64,000 bases of DNA from Deltaproteobacteria bacterium (GCA_020848745.1 JADLHM010000013.1:5238-69237); one strand, 5' to 3'; positions 25,317-37,881 are shown, counted from the stretch's first letter. Numbers and translations: made by a program. The notes: generated from the sequence alone by a model not told the origin.

Positions 25317-26419
25317 GACGCGGCCTCGCCGGGACGTCCGCCGCTCGCGAGCCACGCGTCGACGAGCCGAGGATAGTCGATCACCACGGGCCGCTTCGCC
25401 GGCAACGGCTTCGGCGTCGGCCGGCGCCGCCGCAACCGCCGCCAGAGCCGTTGCGTCCACGAGCCCTGCGCCGCCGTCGAGGGCAGCACCCCCGACTCTT
25501 CGAGATCGCGGCGCAGCGCCGGCTCGTCGTCGCGGAGGTGTCCGCGCCGGACGAGGTCATCGAGCGAGTTCCGGAGCTGCGCGCGCGTATAGGCCGCGCG
25601 GTCGATCAGCGAGTGGCCAACGGCCACCACGGCGGCGAGCGGCACCATTCCCTCCTCGTGCAGCACGAGCGCGGTCTGGAAGTAGTTGAACGTCGGGACC
25701 AGGCGAGCGCCGAAGGTGCGGAAGCGCCCCGGCGGCGTGCGCCGCTCGAGGTTGATGAAAATGCGTCGCACGGCGTCCGCGGTCGGAATCTTGCGGGCCA
25801 GGCCGCGGATCTCGACGAGACGCGCCGGGTCGATCCGCAGCCTGACCAGGATGTCGCCGAGGGCCTGGTGGTCGAGCCGTCCCGCCACCACGTCGGCGTA
25901 GAGCGAGTAGCAGAGCGAATCGGACTCCCAGTCGTCGCCGAAGAGGTATTCCACGGCGCCGGCGGGCGCGGCGAGCCGCGCTTGCAGGAGCTCGGCGAGC
26001 TTGAAGCCGATCTGCTCGCGGAGGAAGCGGAACCGTCCGCGCACCAGGTGCTGCAGCTGGTCCTTGAAGACGATGCCGTCGATCTCGACGCCGTCGAGCG
26101 CGAGCTTCTCGCGGATGGCGCGGCCAATCTGCGGCGGGCTCGCGGAGACGAAATACACGAGAACCCTGCGGCCCTCGGCGCGAGCTCCCGCGCGCAGCGC
26201 GCGCATCAGCGCCACCACGCCCGGCTCGTCGACCTTGTCCTCGGCGCGCTCGAACGGCACGCGCATCATCTTGGTGAGGCTGTCGAAGTCGGACTTGAGG
26301 TAGGTCTTGTCGAGATCCCAGCGGTAGACGACGGGCGGCAGCGCCGCGGAGGCGCGCCGGCGTGGACGCCGCGTCCGCAACGCGTCGGCCCAGCCGAGGC
26401 GCTTCTCCCGCGCGCTCAC
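25313..26419 (-). CDS. App1-like (DUF2183) HAD-type phosphatase
   Basis: GTG 26419 overlaps the plsX stop. DxDxT motif WDLDKTYL, YFVSASPPQIG, LFGDDWESDSLCY. This order matches App1/DUF2183 phosphatidate-phosphatase-like proteins. Confidence 0.55.
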   Translation of the reverse strand: MSAREKRLGWADALRTRRPRRRASAALPPVVYRWDLDKTYLKSDFDSLTKMMRVPFERAEDKVDEPGVVALMRALRAGARAEGRRVLVYFVSASPPQIGRAIREKLALDGVEIDGIVFKDQLQHLVRGRFRFLREQIGFKLAELLQARLAAPAGAVEYLFGDDWESDSLCYSLYADVVAGRLDHQALGDILVRLRIDPARLVEIRGLARKIPTADAVRRIFINLERRTPPGRFRTFGARLVPTFNYFQTALVLHEEGMVPLAAVVAVGHSLIDRAAYTRAQLRNSLDDLVRRGHLRDDEPALRRDLEESGVLPSTAAQGSWTQRLWRRLRRRRPTPKPLPAKRPVVIDYPRLVDAWLASGGRPGEAAS

Positions 26420-27435
26420 GCCCGCACCGCCTGGATGCCCGCCGCGATCTCGGCGACGACGCCGTCGCGCACCGTCTTCGCCGCGAGCTTCACCGCGTTG
26501 GCGATCGCCGGCGCGCGCGAGCGCTCGTGCGCCTTCACCAGGAGCTGCTCGAAGCCGAGGAGCGGCGCGCCCGCGTAGGTCGCGTGATCGGTGAGATGCG
26601 CCACCTCGCGGAGTCCGCGCGACAGGAGACGCATGCCGAGCCGCCACACGAAACGCTGCTTCACGGCGTGGCTCGCCACGTCGTTCACGACGTCGGTGAT
26701 GCCCTCGATGAACTTCAGCACGACGCTGCCGAGCAGCCCCTCGCACACGATCACGTCGGCGCGGCCCTTCGCGACGTCGCTGCCCTCCACGTTGCCGACG
26801 AAGTCGATCGCCGGCAGCGCCGCCAGGCGCTCGTGCGCCTCGGCGAGCACGTCGCCGCCGCGGAACGGCTCCGCTCCCATGTTGAGGAGACCGACCCGCG
26901 GCCGCGCGACCTTCGACACGCAGTGCGCCCACGCGCTGCCCATCACGGCGAACTGCACGAGGTCGGCAGCATCGCAGCGCACGGTCGCGCCGACGTCGAG
27001 CAGCATCGCCAGCGGGTCCTGCCCCGGATGATCGGTGTGCCGTGAGTAGACGCTCGCGAGCGCGGGTTTCCGTACGCCCTTGATGGTGCGGAACTCGCGG
27101 GCGCACGCGAGGAGGCACGCCCCCGTGTTGCCGGCGCTCACGAGCGCGTCCGCCTGTCCTTCGGCGACGAGCGACGCGCCGACCCGGATCGACGCGTCGC
27201 GCTTCGCCCGCAAGGCCTCGCGCGGCGGCTCCTGCATGCCGACCGCGTCGGCGGCGTGATGGATGCGGATGTGCGCCGGGTCGTACGACAGAGTGTCCAA
27301 CACCGCCTGGATGCGCGGCTCGTCGCCGACGAGCACGCACTCGATCGCAGTCGCGAGCGACGCGGCGGCGACGCCCTTCACGATCTCCTCGGGAGCCAAG
27401 TCTCCTCCCATCGCATCCACCGCTATGACTGGCAT
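26416..27435 (-). CDS. plsX: phosphate acyltransferase PlsX
   Basis: MPVIAVDAMGGDLAPEEIVKG, ALVSAGNTGA, GLLNMGAE, VEGSDV..ADVIVCEG. Confidence 0.92.
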   Translation of the reverse strand: MPVIAVDAMGGDLAPEEIVKGVAAASLATAIECVLVGDEPRIQAVLDTLSYDPAHIRIHHAADAVGMQEPPREALRAKRDASIRVGASLVAEGQADALVSAGNTGACLLACAREFRTIKGVRKPALASVYSRHTDHPGQDPLAMLLDVGATVRCDAADLVQFAVMGSAWAHCVSKVARPRVGLLNMGAEPFRGGDVLAEAHERLAALPAIDFVGNVEGSDVAKGRADVIVCEGLLGSVVLKFIEGITDVVNDVASHAVKQRFVWRLGMRLLSRGLREVAHLTDHATYAGAPLLGFEQLLVKAHERSRAPAIANAVKLAAKTVRDGVVAEIAAGIQAVRA

Positions 27436-27508
27436 CGGAGGGCGAGATCATAGCGGGACGCGCGCGGCGCCCCAAGCCGTGACGCGCGACCGCGCCGCGG
27501 CGCCGCTC

Positions 27509-28393
<885 letters not shown>

Positions 28394-28483
28394 GATGGCG
28401 CGTCCGTCCGAGCCTCGCCATGCCCGCGCGCCCGCCCCGCGAGTTGACAGCCGCCCCCTCGTCGCGTATCGACCTCGGTTCCC

Positions 28484-28810
28484 ATGGACTACGCGGTCAT
28501 CCGTTCCGGCGGCAAGCAGTATCGGGTCAGCCCCGGCGACACCCTCCGGCTCGAGAAGCTCGCGGGAGAACCCGGCTCCAGCTTCGCGTTCGAGGAGGTG
28601 CTGCTCGCCTCCGGTGACGGCGGGATCCAGGTGGGCAAGCCGCTGGTCCCGGGCCTCCGGGTCCTCGGCGAGATCGTGCGCCACGAGAAGGCCAAGAAGA
28701 TCCTGGTCTTCAAGAAGAAGCGCCGGAAGAACTACCGCCGGAAGCAGGGTCATCGGCAGAACCTCACGATCGTGCGAGTGACCGGCATCGAGCGCGGAGC
28801 AGGAGCGTAA
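28484..28810 (+). CDS. rplU: 50S ribosomal protein L21
   Basis: [42 protein letters not shown]. Confidence 0.95.
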   Translation: MDYAVIRSGGKQYRVSPGDTLRLEKLAGEPGSSFAFEEVLLASGDGGIQVGKPLVPGLRVLGEIVRHEKAKKILVFKKKRRKNYRRKQGHRQNLTIVRVTGIERGAGA

Positions 28811-28814
28811 GGCC

Positions 28815-29072
28815 ATGGCGCACAAGAAGGGGCAGGGCAGCAGCCGGAACGGGCGAGACAGCGCCGGGCAGCGACGGGGCGTCAAGGTCTTCGGCGGCGA
28901 GGTCGCGAAGGCCGGCCACATCCTCGTGCGCCAGGTCGGGACCAAGATCCACCCCGGGAAGAACGTCGGATTGGGCCGCGACTACACCCTCTTTGCCACC
29001 ACCGACGGCATCGTGAAGTACGAGCGGCTCGGCAAGGATCGCCGGCGCGTCTCGGTATATCCCCCCGCCTGA
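28815..29072 (+). CDS. rpmA: 50S ribosomal protein L27
   Basis: [43 protein letters not shown]. Confidence 0.95.
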   Translation: MAHKKGQGSSRNGRDSAGQRRGVKVFGGEVAKAGHILVRQVGTKIHPGKNVGLGRDYTLFATTDGIVKYERLGKDRRRVSVYPPA

Positions 29073-29194
29073 CGCGCGCGCGAAGCGCCCCCCGTCCGTT
29101 CGGAAAGTCGCCGCCGCCCTCGGAGAGGGTGCGACGCAGCGTCGATCGAGGGCGCGCGGCGTCGCCAGGCATGGGCGATCACGCGCGGACGGCA

Positions 29195-29428
29195 CTAATC
29201 GACGCGCCGGACCGCGCGCGCCAGGATGTCGTTGATGAGCGACTGGTACGGCTCGCCCCGCTTCGTCGCCATCTTCTTCAACTTCGTGAGCACGTCCGGA
29301 TCGAGTCGCAATGAAACCGCCCGGCGCGGTGCGCGCCCGAGCGGCGGTCGTCCGCCGCGGCGCATGCTGCGTAGTTGCGCGTCCGAGAGCTCGGGAATGT
29401 CGCTGAAGTCGATCTTAGGCCTGCGCAT
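29195..29428 (-). CDS. brnA: BrnA-family antitoxin
   Basis: 77 aa. IDFSDIPELSDAQL..AVSLRLDPDVLTKLKKMATKRGEPYQSLINDILA matches the BrnA pattern. Overlaps the brnT stop by 14 nt. Confidence 0.8.
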   Translation of the reverse strand: MRRPKIDFSDIPELSDAQLRSMRRGGRPPLGRAPRRAVSLRLDPDVLTKLKKMATKRGEPYQSLINDILARAVRRVD

Positions 29429-29684
29429 ACCTCACGCGCTCCTTCCGGCCGGCCAGCCTCGCGCTGATGATCCGAACGCCCACGCCCCGCATCGTGTAGG
29501 CCACGACCAGGATCCGACCCCGCGCGCTCCGTCCGAGGCGCAGGCGTCGAGATTCGAGGAAGGAATGGGACACATCGGGACCATCGAGTGCTCGTTCATC
29601 GTCGAACGTCGTCGCGGCCTCGGCAAACGAGACGCCATGCTTGTCCGCGTTCCGGAGCGCCCTGCGCGTATCCCACTGAAACAC
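29415..29684 (-). CDS. brnT: BrnT-family (DUF497) ribonuclease toxin
   Basis: GTG start. FQWDTRRALRNADKHGVSFAEAATTFDDE..VVAYTMRGVGVRIISARLAGRKERVRY matches the BrnT pattern. Confidence 0.85.
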   Translation of the reverse strand: MFQWDTRRALRNADKHGVSFAEAATTFDDERALDGPDVSHSFLESRRLRLGRSARGRILVVAYTMRGVGVRIISARLAGRKERVRYAQA

Positions 29685-29707
29685 AGGTTACGTATATACT
29701 CAACCTG
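29684..29707. promoter_or_regulatory. palindrome at the brnT start (candidate BrnA operator)
   Basis: CAGGTTAC-GTATATAC-TCAACCTG. Outer arms CAGGTT/AACCTG, inner perfect palindrome GTATATAC. AT-rich. Confidence 0.3.
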
Positions 29708-29795
29708 CCGAATCGGTCGGGAGAGCTACTCGTAGCGCCTTCTTCCGCCGTTTTCCGTCGCTTGTCGTGATTCCGGAGGTTCGGGTACAGTCTGA

Positions 29796-32007
<2,212 letters not shown>

Positions 32008-32011
<4 letters not shown>

Positions 32012-33258
32012 GCCTCGAACAAGACGTCGTCGCCCTCTGTCGGGCCGCGCGCGCCGCGGCGCCCGCGATCGCGCGCGCTACGACCGCGGAGAAGGACGCC
32101 GCGCTCCACGCCGGCGCCGCGGCGCTGCGGGCGCGCACCGGCGAGCTCATCGCCGCCAACGCGATCGACGTCGAGGCGGCGCGCGCCGCCGGCGTCGCCG
32201 CCGCCTTCCTCGACCGCCTGACGCTCACACCGGCGCGGGTCGACGCGATGGCGGTCGGGCTCGAGCAGATCGCCGCCCTGCCCGACCCGGTCGGCGAGGA
32301 GATCGCGCGCTGGAGCCGGCCGAACGGGCTCGACATCCAGCAGGTCCGTGTGCCCCTCGGCGTGATCGGCATCATCTACGAGTCGCGGCCGAACGTGACC
32401 GCCGACGCCGCCGGCCTCTGCGTGAAGTCCGGCAACGCGGTCGTGCTGCGCGGCGGCAGCGAGGCGTTCCGCACGAACTGCCTCATCGCCGACGTGCTGC
32501 GCGACGCCGCCACCACCATCCCGCGCGACGCGATCGCGCTCGTGCGCAGCACCGACCGCGCCGCCGTTCAGATCCTCCTCAAGCAGGACGATCTCATCGA
32601 CGTCATCATCCCGCGCGGCGGCGAGGAGCTGATCCGCGCCATCACCGAGGGCTCGCGCATCCCGGTGATCCAGCATCTGAAGGGCGTCTGCCAGCTCTAC
32701 GTCGACGCCAAGGCCGATCTGGCGCTCGCCGAGAAGCTCGTCATGAATGCCAAGACGCAGCGACCCGGCGTCTGCAACGCGATCGAGAACCTGCTGGTGC
32801 ACCGCGACGTCGCCGCGCGGTTCCTGCCTGCGATCGCGCAGCGACTCGTCGCCGCGGGCGTCGAGCTGCGCGGTTGCGCGGAAACGGTCCGGCTCGTACC
32901 CGGCACGAAGGCCGCGACCGACGCCGACTGGAGCACCGAATACCTCGACCTCGTGCTGTCGGTGAAGGTCGTCGATGGGATCGACGAGGCGATGGCATTC
33001 ATCCGCCGCCACGGATCGGGGCTCGCGGAGGCGGTCGTCACGACCGACCGGACCGCCGCCGATCGCTTCACCGCCGAGGTCGACTCCGCAGCCGTGTTCG
33101 TGAACGCGTCGACCCGCTTCACCGACGGCTTCGAGTTCGGGTTCGGCGCGGAGATCGGCATCAGCACGAACCGCCTGCACGCGCGCGGACCGATGGGGCT
33201 CCGCGAGCTCACCACGTACAAGTACGTCGTGCGCGGCAACGGTCAGATCCGCACCTGA
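32008..33258 (+). CDS. proA: glutamate-5-semialdehyde dehydrogenase
   Basis: GTG 32008 after AAAGGAG, overlapping the proB stop. VPLGVIGIIYESRPNVT, GNAVVLRGGSEA, CNAIENLLVH, NASTRFTDG. Confidence 0.92.
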
Positions 33259-33267
33259 CGGAACGCG

Positions 33268-33921
33268 ATGCGGCGCATCGGCCTCTTCGGCGGCACCTTC
33301 GATCCCGTGCACCTGGCGCACCTCCGGACCGCCGAGGAGGCGCGCGAAGCGCTCGCGCTCGACCGCGTCGACCTGGTGCTCGCCGCGACGCCGCCGCACA
33401 AGCCGCCCGGCGCGCAGGCCCCGGCGGCCGACCGGCGGCGGATGCTGGAGCTCGCGGTCGCGGGCGATCCGCATCTCGGGCTCGACTTCTCGGAGCTCGA
33501 CCGCGAGGGACCGTCGTACTCGATCGACACGGTCCGCCACGTCCAGGCGCGCGAGCCCGACGCGGCGCTCACTTTCATCTTGGGCGCCGACGCGTTCGCG
33601 GAGATCGGCACCTGGAAGGACGTTGCGACCATCCTCACCCTCTGTGACTTCTGCGTCATATCGCGTCCGGGAACGCGCGACGGTGAACTTCCGATTGCCG
33701 TCGAAAATGCGTTCTGTTATGACTCGAAGCGTGGAGTGTACGTGCATCGCTCCGGTCGAGCGCTTCGTTTCCTCCCGGTGACGGCACTGATGATCTCCGC
33801 TTCCGACATTCGTCGACGCCGTGCCGAAGAGCGATCCATTCGGTATCTCGTCCCCGACGCCGTCGCCGAATACATCGCGGCCCACGGGCTCTACTCCACG
33901 GGGAGGACCGCCGCCCGTTGA
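33268..33921 (+). CDS. nadD: nicotinate-nucleotide adenylyltransferase
   Basis: IGLFGGTFDPVHLAHL, PSYSIDTV, ISASDIRRR. Confidence 0.9.
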   Translation: MRRIGLFGGTFDPVHLAHLRTAEEAREALALDRVDLVLAATPPHKPPGAQAPAADRRRMLELAVAGDPHLGLDFSELDREGPSYSIDTVRHVQAREPDAALTFILGADAFAEIGTWKDVATILTLCDFCVISRPGTRDGELPIAVENAFCYDSKRGVYVHRSGRALRFLPVTALMISASDIRRRRAEERSIRYLVPDAVAEYIAAHGLYSTGRTAAR

Positions 33922-34319
33922 CGGCTTCCGACGGTCTCACGAAGGCGCTCCAGTGCGCGGCGGCCGCGCTGGACAAGAAAGCGATCGATCTCGTCGTCCT
34001 CGACGTCCGCGGCCTCACCTCGATCGCGGATTACCTCCTGATCTGCACCGGACGCTCCGACCGGCAGGTGCAGGCGATCGGGCAGGCGGTCGACGAGGAG
34101 CTCCGCACGCGCGGCCATCGACCGATCGCCGTCGAGGGCATGACGCGCGGACAATGGGTGCTGATGGACTTCAACGACGTCATCGTCCACGTGTTCCAGA
34201 AGCCGATCCGCGAGTTCTACGACCTCGAGCGCCTCTGGGAGCACGCGGCCGAGGTGCCGCTGCCCGAGCCGCTCCGCAGTCAGGCGCTGGGATTCGACAG
34301 CGAGACCGCCGCGGTCTGA
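33918..34319 (+). CDS. rsfS: ribosome silencing factor RsfS
   Basis: KKAIDLVVLDVRGLTSIADYLLICTGRSDRQVQAI..WVLMDFNDVIVHVFQKPIREFYDLERLW. Confidence 0.9.
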   Translation: MTASDGLTKALQCAAAALDKKAIDLVVLDVRGLTSIADYLLICTGRSDRQVQAIGQAVDEELRTRGHRPIAVEGMTRGQWVLMDFNDVIVHVFQKPIREFYDLERLWEHAAEVPLPEPLRSQALGFDSETAAV

Positions 34320-34335
34320 GCGGAACGACTCGTCC

Positions 34336-35679
34336 GTGCTCCGACTCACCATCCTCCTCGCGACGATCGCCGCCGCCCTGATCGGGGTCGGTTGGCTGCT
34401 GCACCTGAATCCGGAGTCCGTAACCGTCCGCTTCAGCGCGACCCGGGAATGGACGGGACCTTTGCCGCTCGTGCTGCTCTCGGCGTTCCTCGCGGGCGCA
34501 GCGGTGACGTTCGTCGGGTCGCTCGTGCGCGCGAGCCGGACGGCCGTGAGCGGCTGGCGCGCCGAGCGCCTCGCGCGCCGGCAGCGCCGCCAGCAGGTGC
34601 GCAAGGAGCAGGGCCTCTCCTTCGCGTGGCTTGGCGAGACCGAGAAGGCGCGGACGTCGCTCGCGAAAGCGCTCCGCGACGGCCCCGACGACCTCGCGGC
34701 GTTCCTGATGTTCGCGCGCACGTACCTCGACGAAGGCGACTTCCGCGGCGCGCGCACGGTGCTCGAGGAAGGGCTCGATCGGCGCGGCCCCGATCCGAAG
34801 CTCCTTCTCTTCCTCGCCGAGGCGCAGCGCGGCGGCGGCGACGACGCGGCGGCGATCGAGGCCCTCGAGCGCGCGCGCCGCGCCGATCCCGCGAGCCCGC
34901 GCGTCCTGACCGCACTGCGCGACGCCTACACCGCGCTCGGCCGCTGGCGCGACGCCGGTCGGGTCCAGGAAGCGCTGCTGCTCGTCGCGCGCGACGCGGC
35001 GACGCGCGTCGAGAGCGAGCGCGCGCTCGTCGGCATGCGGTACCAGAGCGCGCTCGAAATCTCCGAGCCCGCGGCGCGCATCGCGGAGCTGCGCGCCGTC
35101 CTGCGCGCGCACCCCGACTTCGAGCCCGCTGCCGTGAGCCTCGGCGACGCCCTCCTCGCGGCCGACCAGCCGCGCCAGGCCGAGCGCGTCTGGCGGCGCG
35201 CGGTGCTCCGCGGCGGGCGCGGCGGCGCCCTCGAGCGGCTCGAGCGCCTGCTCGCCGGTGGACCGCGCGCGCACCGCCTCGACGTCTTCACACGCCGGCT
35301 CCTCCGCCGCCGCCCCGACGACGGCACCGCGCGCCTCTTTCGGGCGCGTCAGCTCATCCGCACCGGGCAGCTCGACGAGGCGGGTGCGGAGCTCACGCGC
35401 ATCGGTCCGCCCTGGAACGGGCTCGCCGGGTATCACGGGCTCCTCGCCGAGCTGCACGTACGGCGCGGCGCGCAGGAAGACGCCGTGCGCGCGTTCCGCC
35501 ACGCGCTCGCGGCCTCGGCGAGCGGCGTGTTCCGCTGCCAGGTCTGCGGCGCCGAGGCCGAGGAGTGGCGCGGCTACTGCGAGGGGTGTCGCAGCTGGGA
35601 CAGCTACCGCTCGAGCTACGAGGCCGCGGGCGCCACGCTACGGACGCCGAGCGGCGCGACGCTCCCGGCCGGACGCTGA
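34336..35679 (+). CDS. lapB: LapA/LapB-like lipopolysaccharide assembly regulator (DUF1049-type TM domain, TPR, C-terminal rubredoxin-like zinc finger)
   Basis: N-terminal 2-TM LapA-like segment, TPR-like repeats, and C-terminal FRCQVCGAEAEEWRGYCEGCRSWDSY matching the LapB CxxC..CxxC finger. Confidence 0.7.
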   Translation: MLRLTILLATIAAALIGVGWLLHLNPESVTVRFSATREWTGPLPLVLLSAFLAGAAVTFVGSLVRASRTAVSGWRAERLARRQRRQQVRKEQGLSFAWLGETEKARTSLAKALRDGPDDLAAFLMFARTYLDEGDFRGARTVLEEGLDRRGPDPKLLLFLAEAQRGGGDDAAAIEALERARRADPASPRVLTALRDAYTALGRWRDAGRVQEALLLVARDAATRVESERALVGMRYQSALEISEPAARIAELRAVLRAHPDFEPAAVSLGDALLAADQPRQAERVWRRAVLRGGRGGALERLERLLAGGPRAHRLDVFTRRLLRRRPDDGTARLFRARQLIRTGQLDEAGAELTRIGPPWNGLAGYHGLLAELHVRRGAQEDAVRAFRHALAASASGVFRCQVCGAEAEEWRGYCEGCRSWDSYRSSYEAAGATLRTPSGATLPAGR

Positions 35680-35731
35680 CTCGTCCGGCGCGCCGGCGCG
35701 TCGACCGCGAATCGCCGCCGCGCGCCGCGAC

Positions 35732-36937
35732 TCAGTCGCGGGTGCGGCGGCGCCGCCGCGTGGCACGGGGCGGGACGCCATCCGCGGATCCGAACAGGTA
35801 CGCGTGCATGCGCGTCAGACTCGCGAGGTCGTGGACGTCGGTGTCGAAGTTCGGCACCGTCACGAACGGCACGCGCCGCGAGAGTCCCGCCCGGAACTGC
35901 TCCATGCGGATCGCCTCGCCGCGCGCGAGCAGCTGGTAGTCGACGAAGTTCGACGCGAGCCACCCGACGTGCGCGCCGGCGACACCGGCGTCGACGAGCG
36001 CCGTGCGCACGAGATCCTCGTCGAGCCGCGTCACCGTGCCGCCGGGAAACGTATCCGGATCGGCGGAGAGCTCCTCGTGCACGCGGTTGAAGACCACCCC
36101 ACCGAGCGGCATCCGCATCGACCGCATCCGCTCCGAGAAGAACTCCGCCTCCGTCAGCACCTGCTCCTCGGGGCCAGTGACCAGCACGAACGCGGTCGTC
36201 GGCGCGCGCAGGATGTCGTGGATGACGTCGGTGCGGGCAGTGAACGCGTCGAACATACCGCTCATGGCGGAGAAGAAGTCGCTCACCTCCGCGAGCGCGC
36301 TCACGCCGGTCGCCTCCTCGAGCTTCCGGAAGAGGAATCCGACGGTCCGGTTCATCGCCTTCGCCGCAGCCCAGCCCTGGGAGAGGTACGGCATCAGGAA
36401 CCAGCGCACGACCTTGCGATCGAGGAAGTCGCGGATGCGCTCGGGGGCTTCGAAGAAGTCGAGCGCGCGCTTGGTCGGCGGCGTGTCGAGGACGACGAGG
36501 TCGTAGGCGTCGCTTTCGCAGAGCAGGCAGAGCTGCTCGATCGCCATGTACTCGTGCGAGCCGGCGAAGTTCTGCGACAGGTTGAGATAGAAGCGGTTCT
36601 GGAGAATCCGCTCGCGCACCTCGTCCGACGGCGCGTGACGCGCGACGAGCCGGTCCCACGCGTTCTTCTGGTCGAGCATCATCGCGGCGAGCGAGCCGCG
36701 CACCGGCCGTCCCCTCGTCGCGAGCAGCGCGGGATCCACCTGCCGCGGCTCGTCGCCGAGATCCGCGATGCCGAGCGAGCTCGCGAGGCGGCGCGCCGGG
36801 TCGATCGTGAGCACGACGGCCCGCCGCCCGGTGAGCGCACCCCAGAGCGCGATCGTCGCCGCGGTCGTCGTCTTGCCGACGCCGCCGCTGCCGACGCAGA
36901 CGACGACGCGGTGGTCGCGCACGAGGCCGGCGAGCAT
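35732..36937 (-). CDS. ArsA/Get3-family ATPase (paralog 2)
   Basis: Deviant Walker A VCVGSGGVGKTT, TIDPARR, VLDTPPT. ATGA overlap with the upstream paralog. Confidence 0.8.
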   Translation of the reverse strand: MLAGLVRDHRVVVCVGSGGVGKTTTAATIALWGALTGRRAVVLTIDPARRLASSLGIADLGDEPRQVDPALLATRGRPVRGSLAAMMLDQKNAWDRLVARHAPSDEVRERILQNRFYLNLSQNFAGSHEYMAIEQLCLLCESDAYDLVVLDTPPTKRALDFFEAPERIRDFLDRKVVRWFLMPYLSQGWAAAKAMNRTVGFLFRKLEEATGVSALAEVSDFFSAMSGMFDAFTARTDVIHDILRAPTTAFVLVTGPEEQVLTEAEFFSERMRSMRMPLGGVVFNRVHEELSADPDTFPGGTVTRLDEDLVRTALVDAGVAGAHVGWLASNFVDYQLLARGEAIRMEQFRAGLSRRVPFVTVPNFDTDVHDLASLTRMHAYLFGSADGVPPRATRRRRRTRD

Positions 36938-37881
36938 CAGGCGAACTCCCGGCCCGGCTCGGGAGCGAGCTGCCGGCGCGCGTTCGCCATGAGGGCGCGC
37001 ACCTCGGCGAGGCCGAACTCCTCCGCGAAGAGGAACGGCAGGAGCACCGTCGGCATGGGCACCGCCTCGTGCAGGCGGTCGAGGTAGCGGCGGTTGATCG
37101 CCGCCCAGCCGGCCTCCTCGCGCGCGCAGCGCAGCACGTCGGCGACGAGCGGCGACGCTCCGTCCGGCGCGGCCGGCACGGCGTCGGGGGCCAGCGGCGC
37201 CGTGTGCACGCGGTTCACGAAGAGCACGCCGAGGGGCATGCGCAGGCGGTCGCGCAGCTGGTGGTACATCTCGGTCGTCTCGGTGACGGGCATCTCCTCG
37301 GCGGTGGTGACCGGACAGACCGCGGTGCGCTCGGGGTCAGCGAGGAGCTCCATCACCTTCTGCGCCTCGCGGCGAACGAGCCCGGGCCCGAAGGCCTCGG
37401 CCGCCGCGCTCGGCATGCGGAGGCACTGCAGCACGTGGCCCGTCGCCGGCGCGTCGACGACGATCACGTCCCACTTCCGGCGGCCCTGTACGACGAGCTG
37501 CTCCTCGTACCAGATCTTGCCGACCGTCATGAGCTCCTTGAGCCCCGGCGCCGCGGCGACGAAGTGGTGGTAGAGCTTGCTCTCGACGACCATCTTCTGC
37601 ACGCGGCGGACGGGGAGCACGAGCCCGAGATACTCGCTGAGCGCGGACTCGCCGTCGACGGTGAGCACGCAGAGGTTCGGCAGCGCCTCCACCATGCCGG
37701 CGTCGTTGGTCGGGAGGTCGAGGAACTCGGCGAGGCGCCGGCTCGACTCCAGTTGCGTGAGGAGTACGCGCTTCCCCTCCTCCGCGAACGCGACCGCGAG
37801 CGCCGTCGCGACCGTGCTCTTCCCGACGCCGCCCTTCCCGACCACGAAGATCACGCGACGACCCGCGAGCGCTCCGAGCAT
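36937..37881 (-). CDS. ArsA/Get3-family ATPase (paralog 1)
   Basis: Trimmed to ATG 37881. FVVGKGGVGKSTVA, VVDAPATGH. Confidence 0.8.
   Translation of the reverse strand: MLGALAGRRVIFVVGKGGVGKSTVATALAVAFAEEGKRVLLTQLESSRRLAEFLDLPTNDAGMVEALPNLCVLTVDGESALSEYLGLVLPVRRVQKMVVESKLYHHFVAAAPGLKELMTVGKIWYEEQLVVQGRRKWDVIVVDAPATGHVLQCLRMPSAAAEAFGPGLVRREAQKVMELLADPERTAVCPVTTAEEMPVTETTEMYHQLRDRLRMPLGVLFVNRVHTAPLAPDAVPAAPDGASPLVADVLRCAREEAGWAAINRRYLDRLHEAVPMPTVLLPFLFAEEFGLAEVRALMANARRQLAPEPGREFA

Noticed and set aside
34392-35939. 515-aa alternative frame over the LapB-like gene
   Set aside because: It is extremely Arg/Ala/Pro-rich. The annotated frame carries TPR repeats and the zinc finger.
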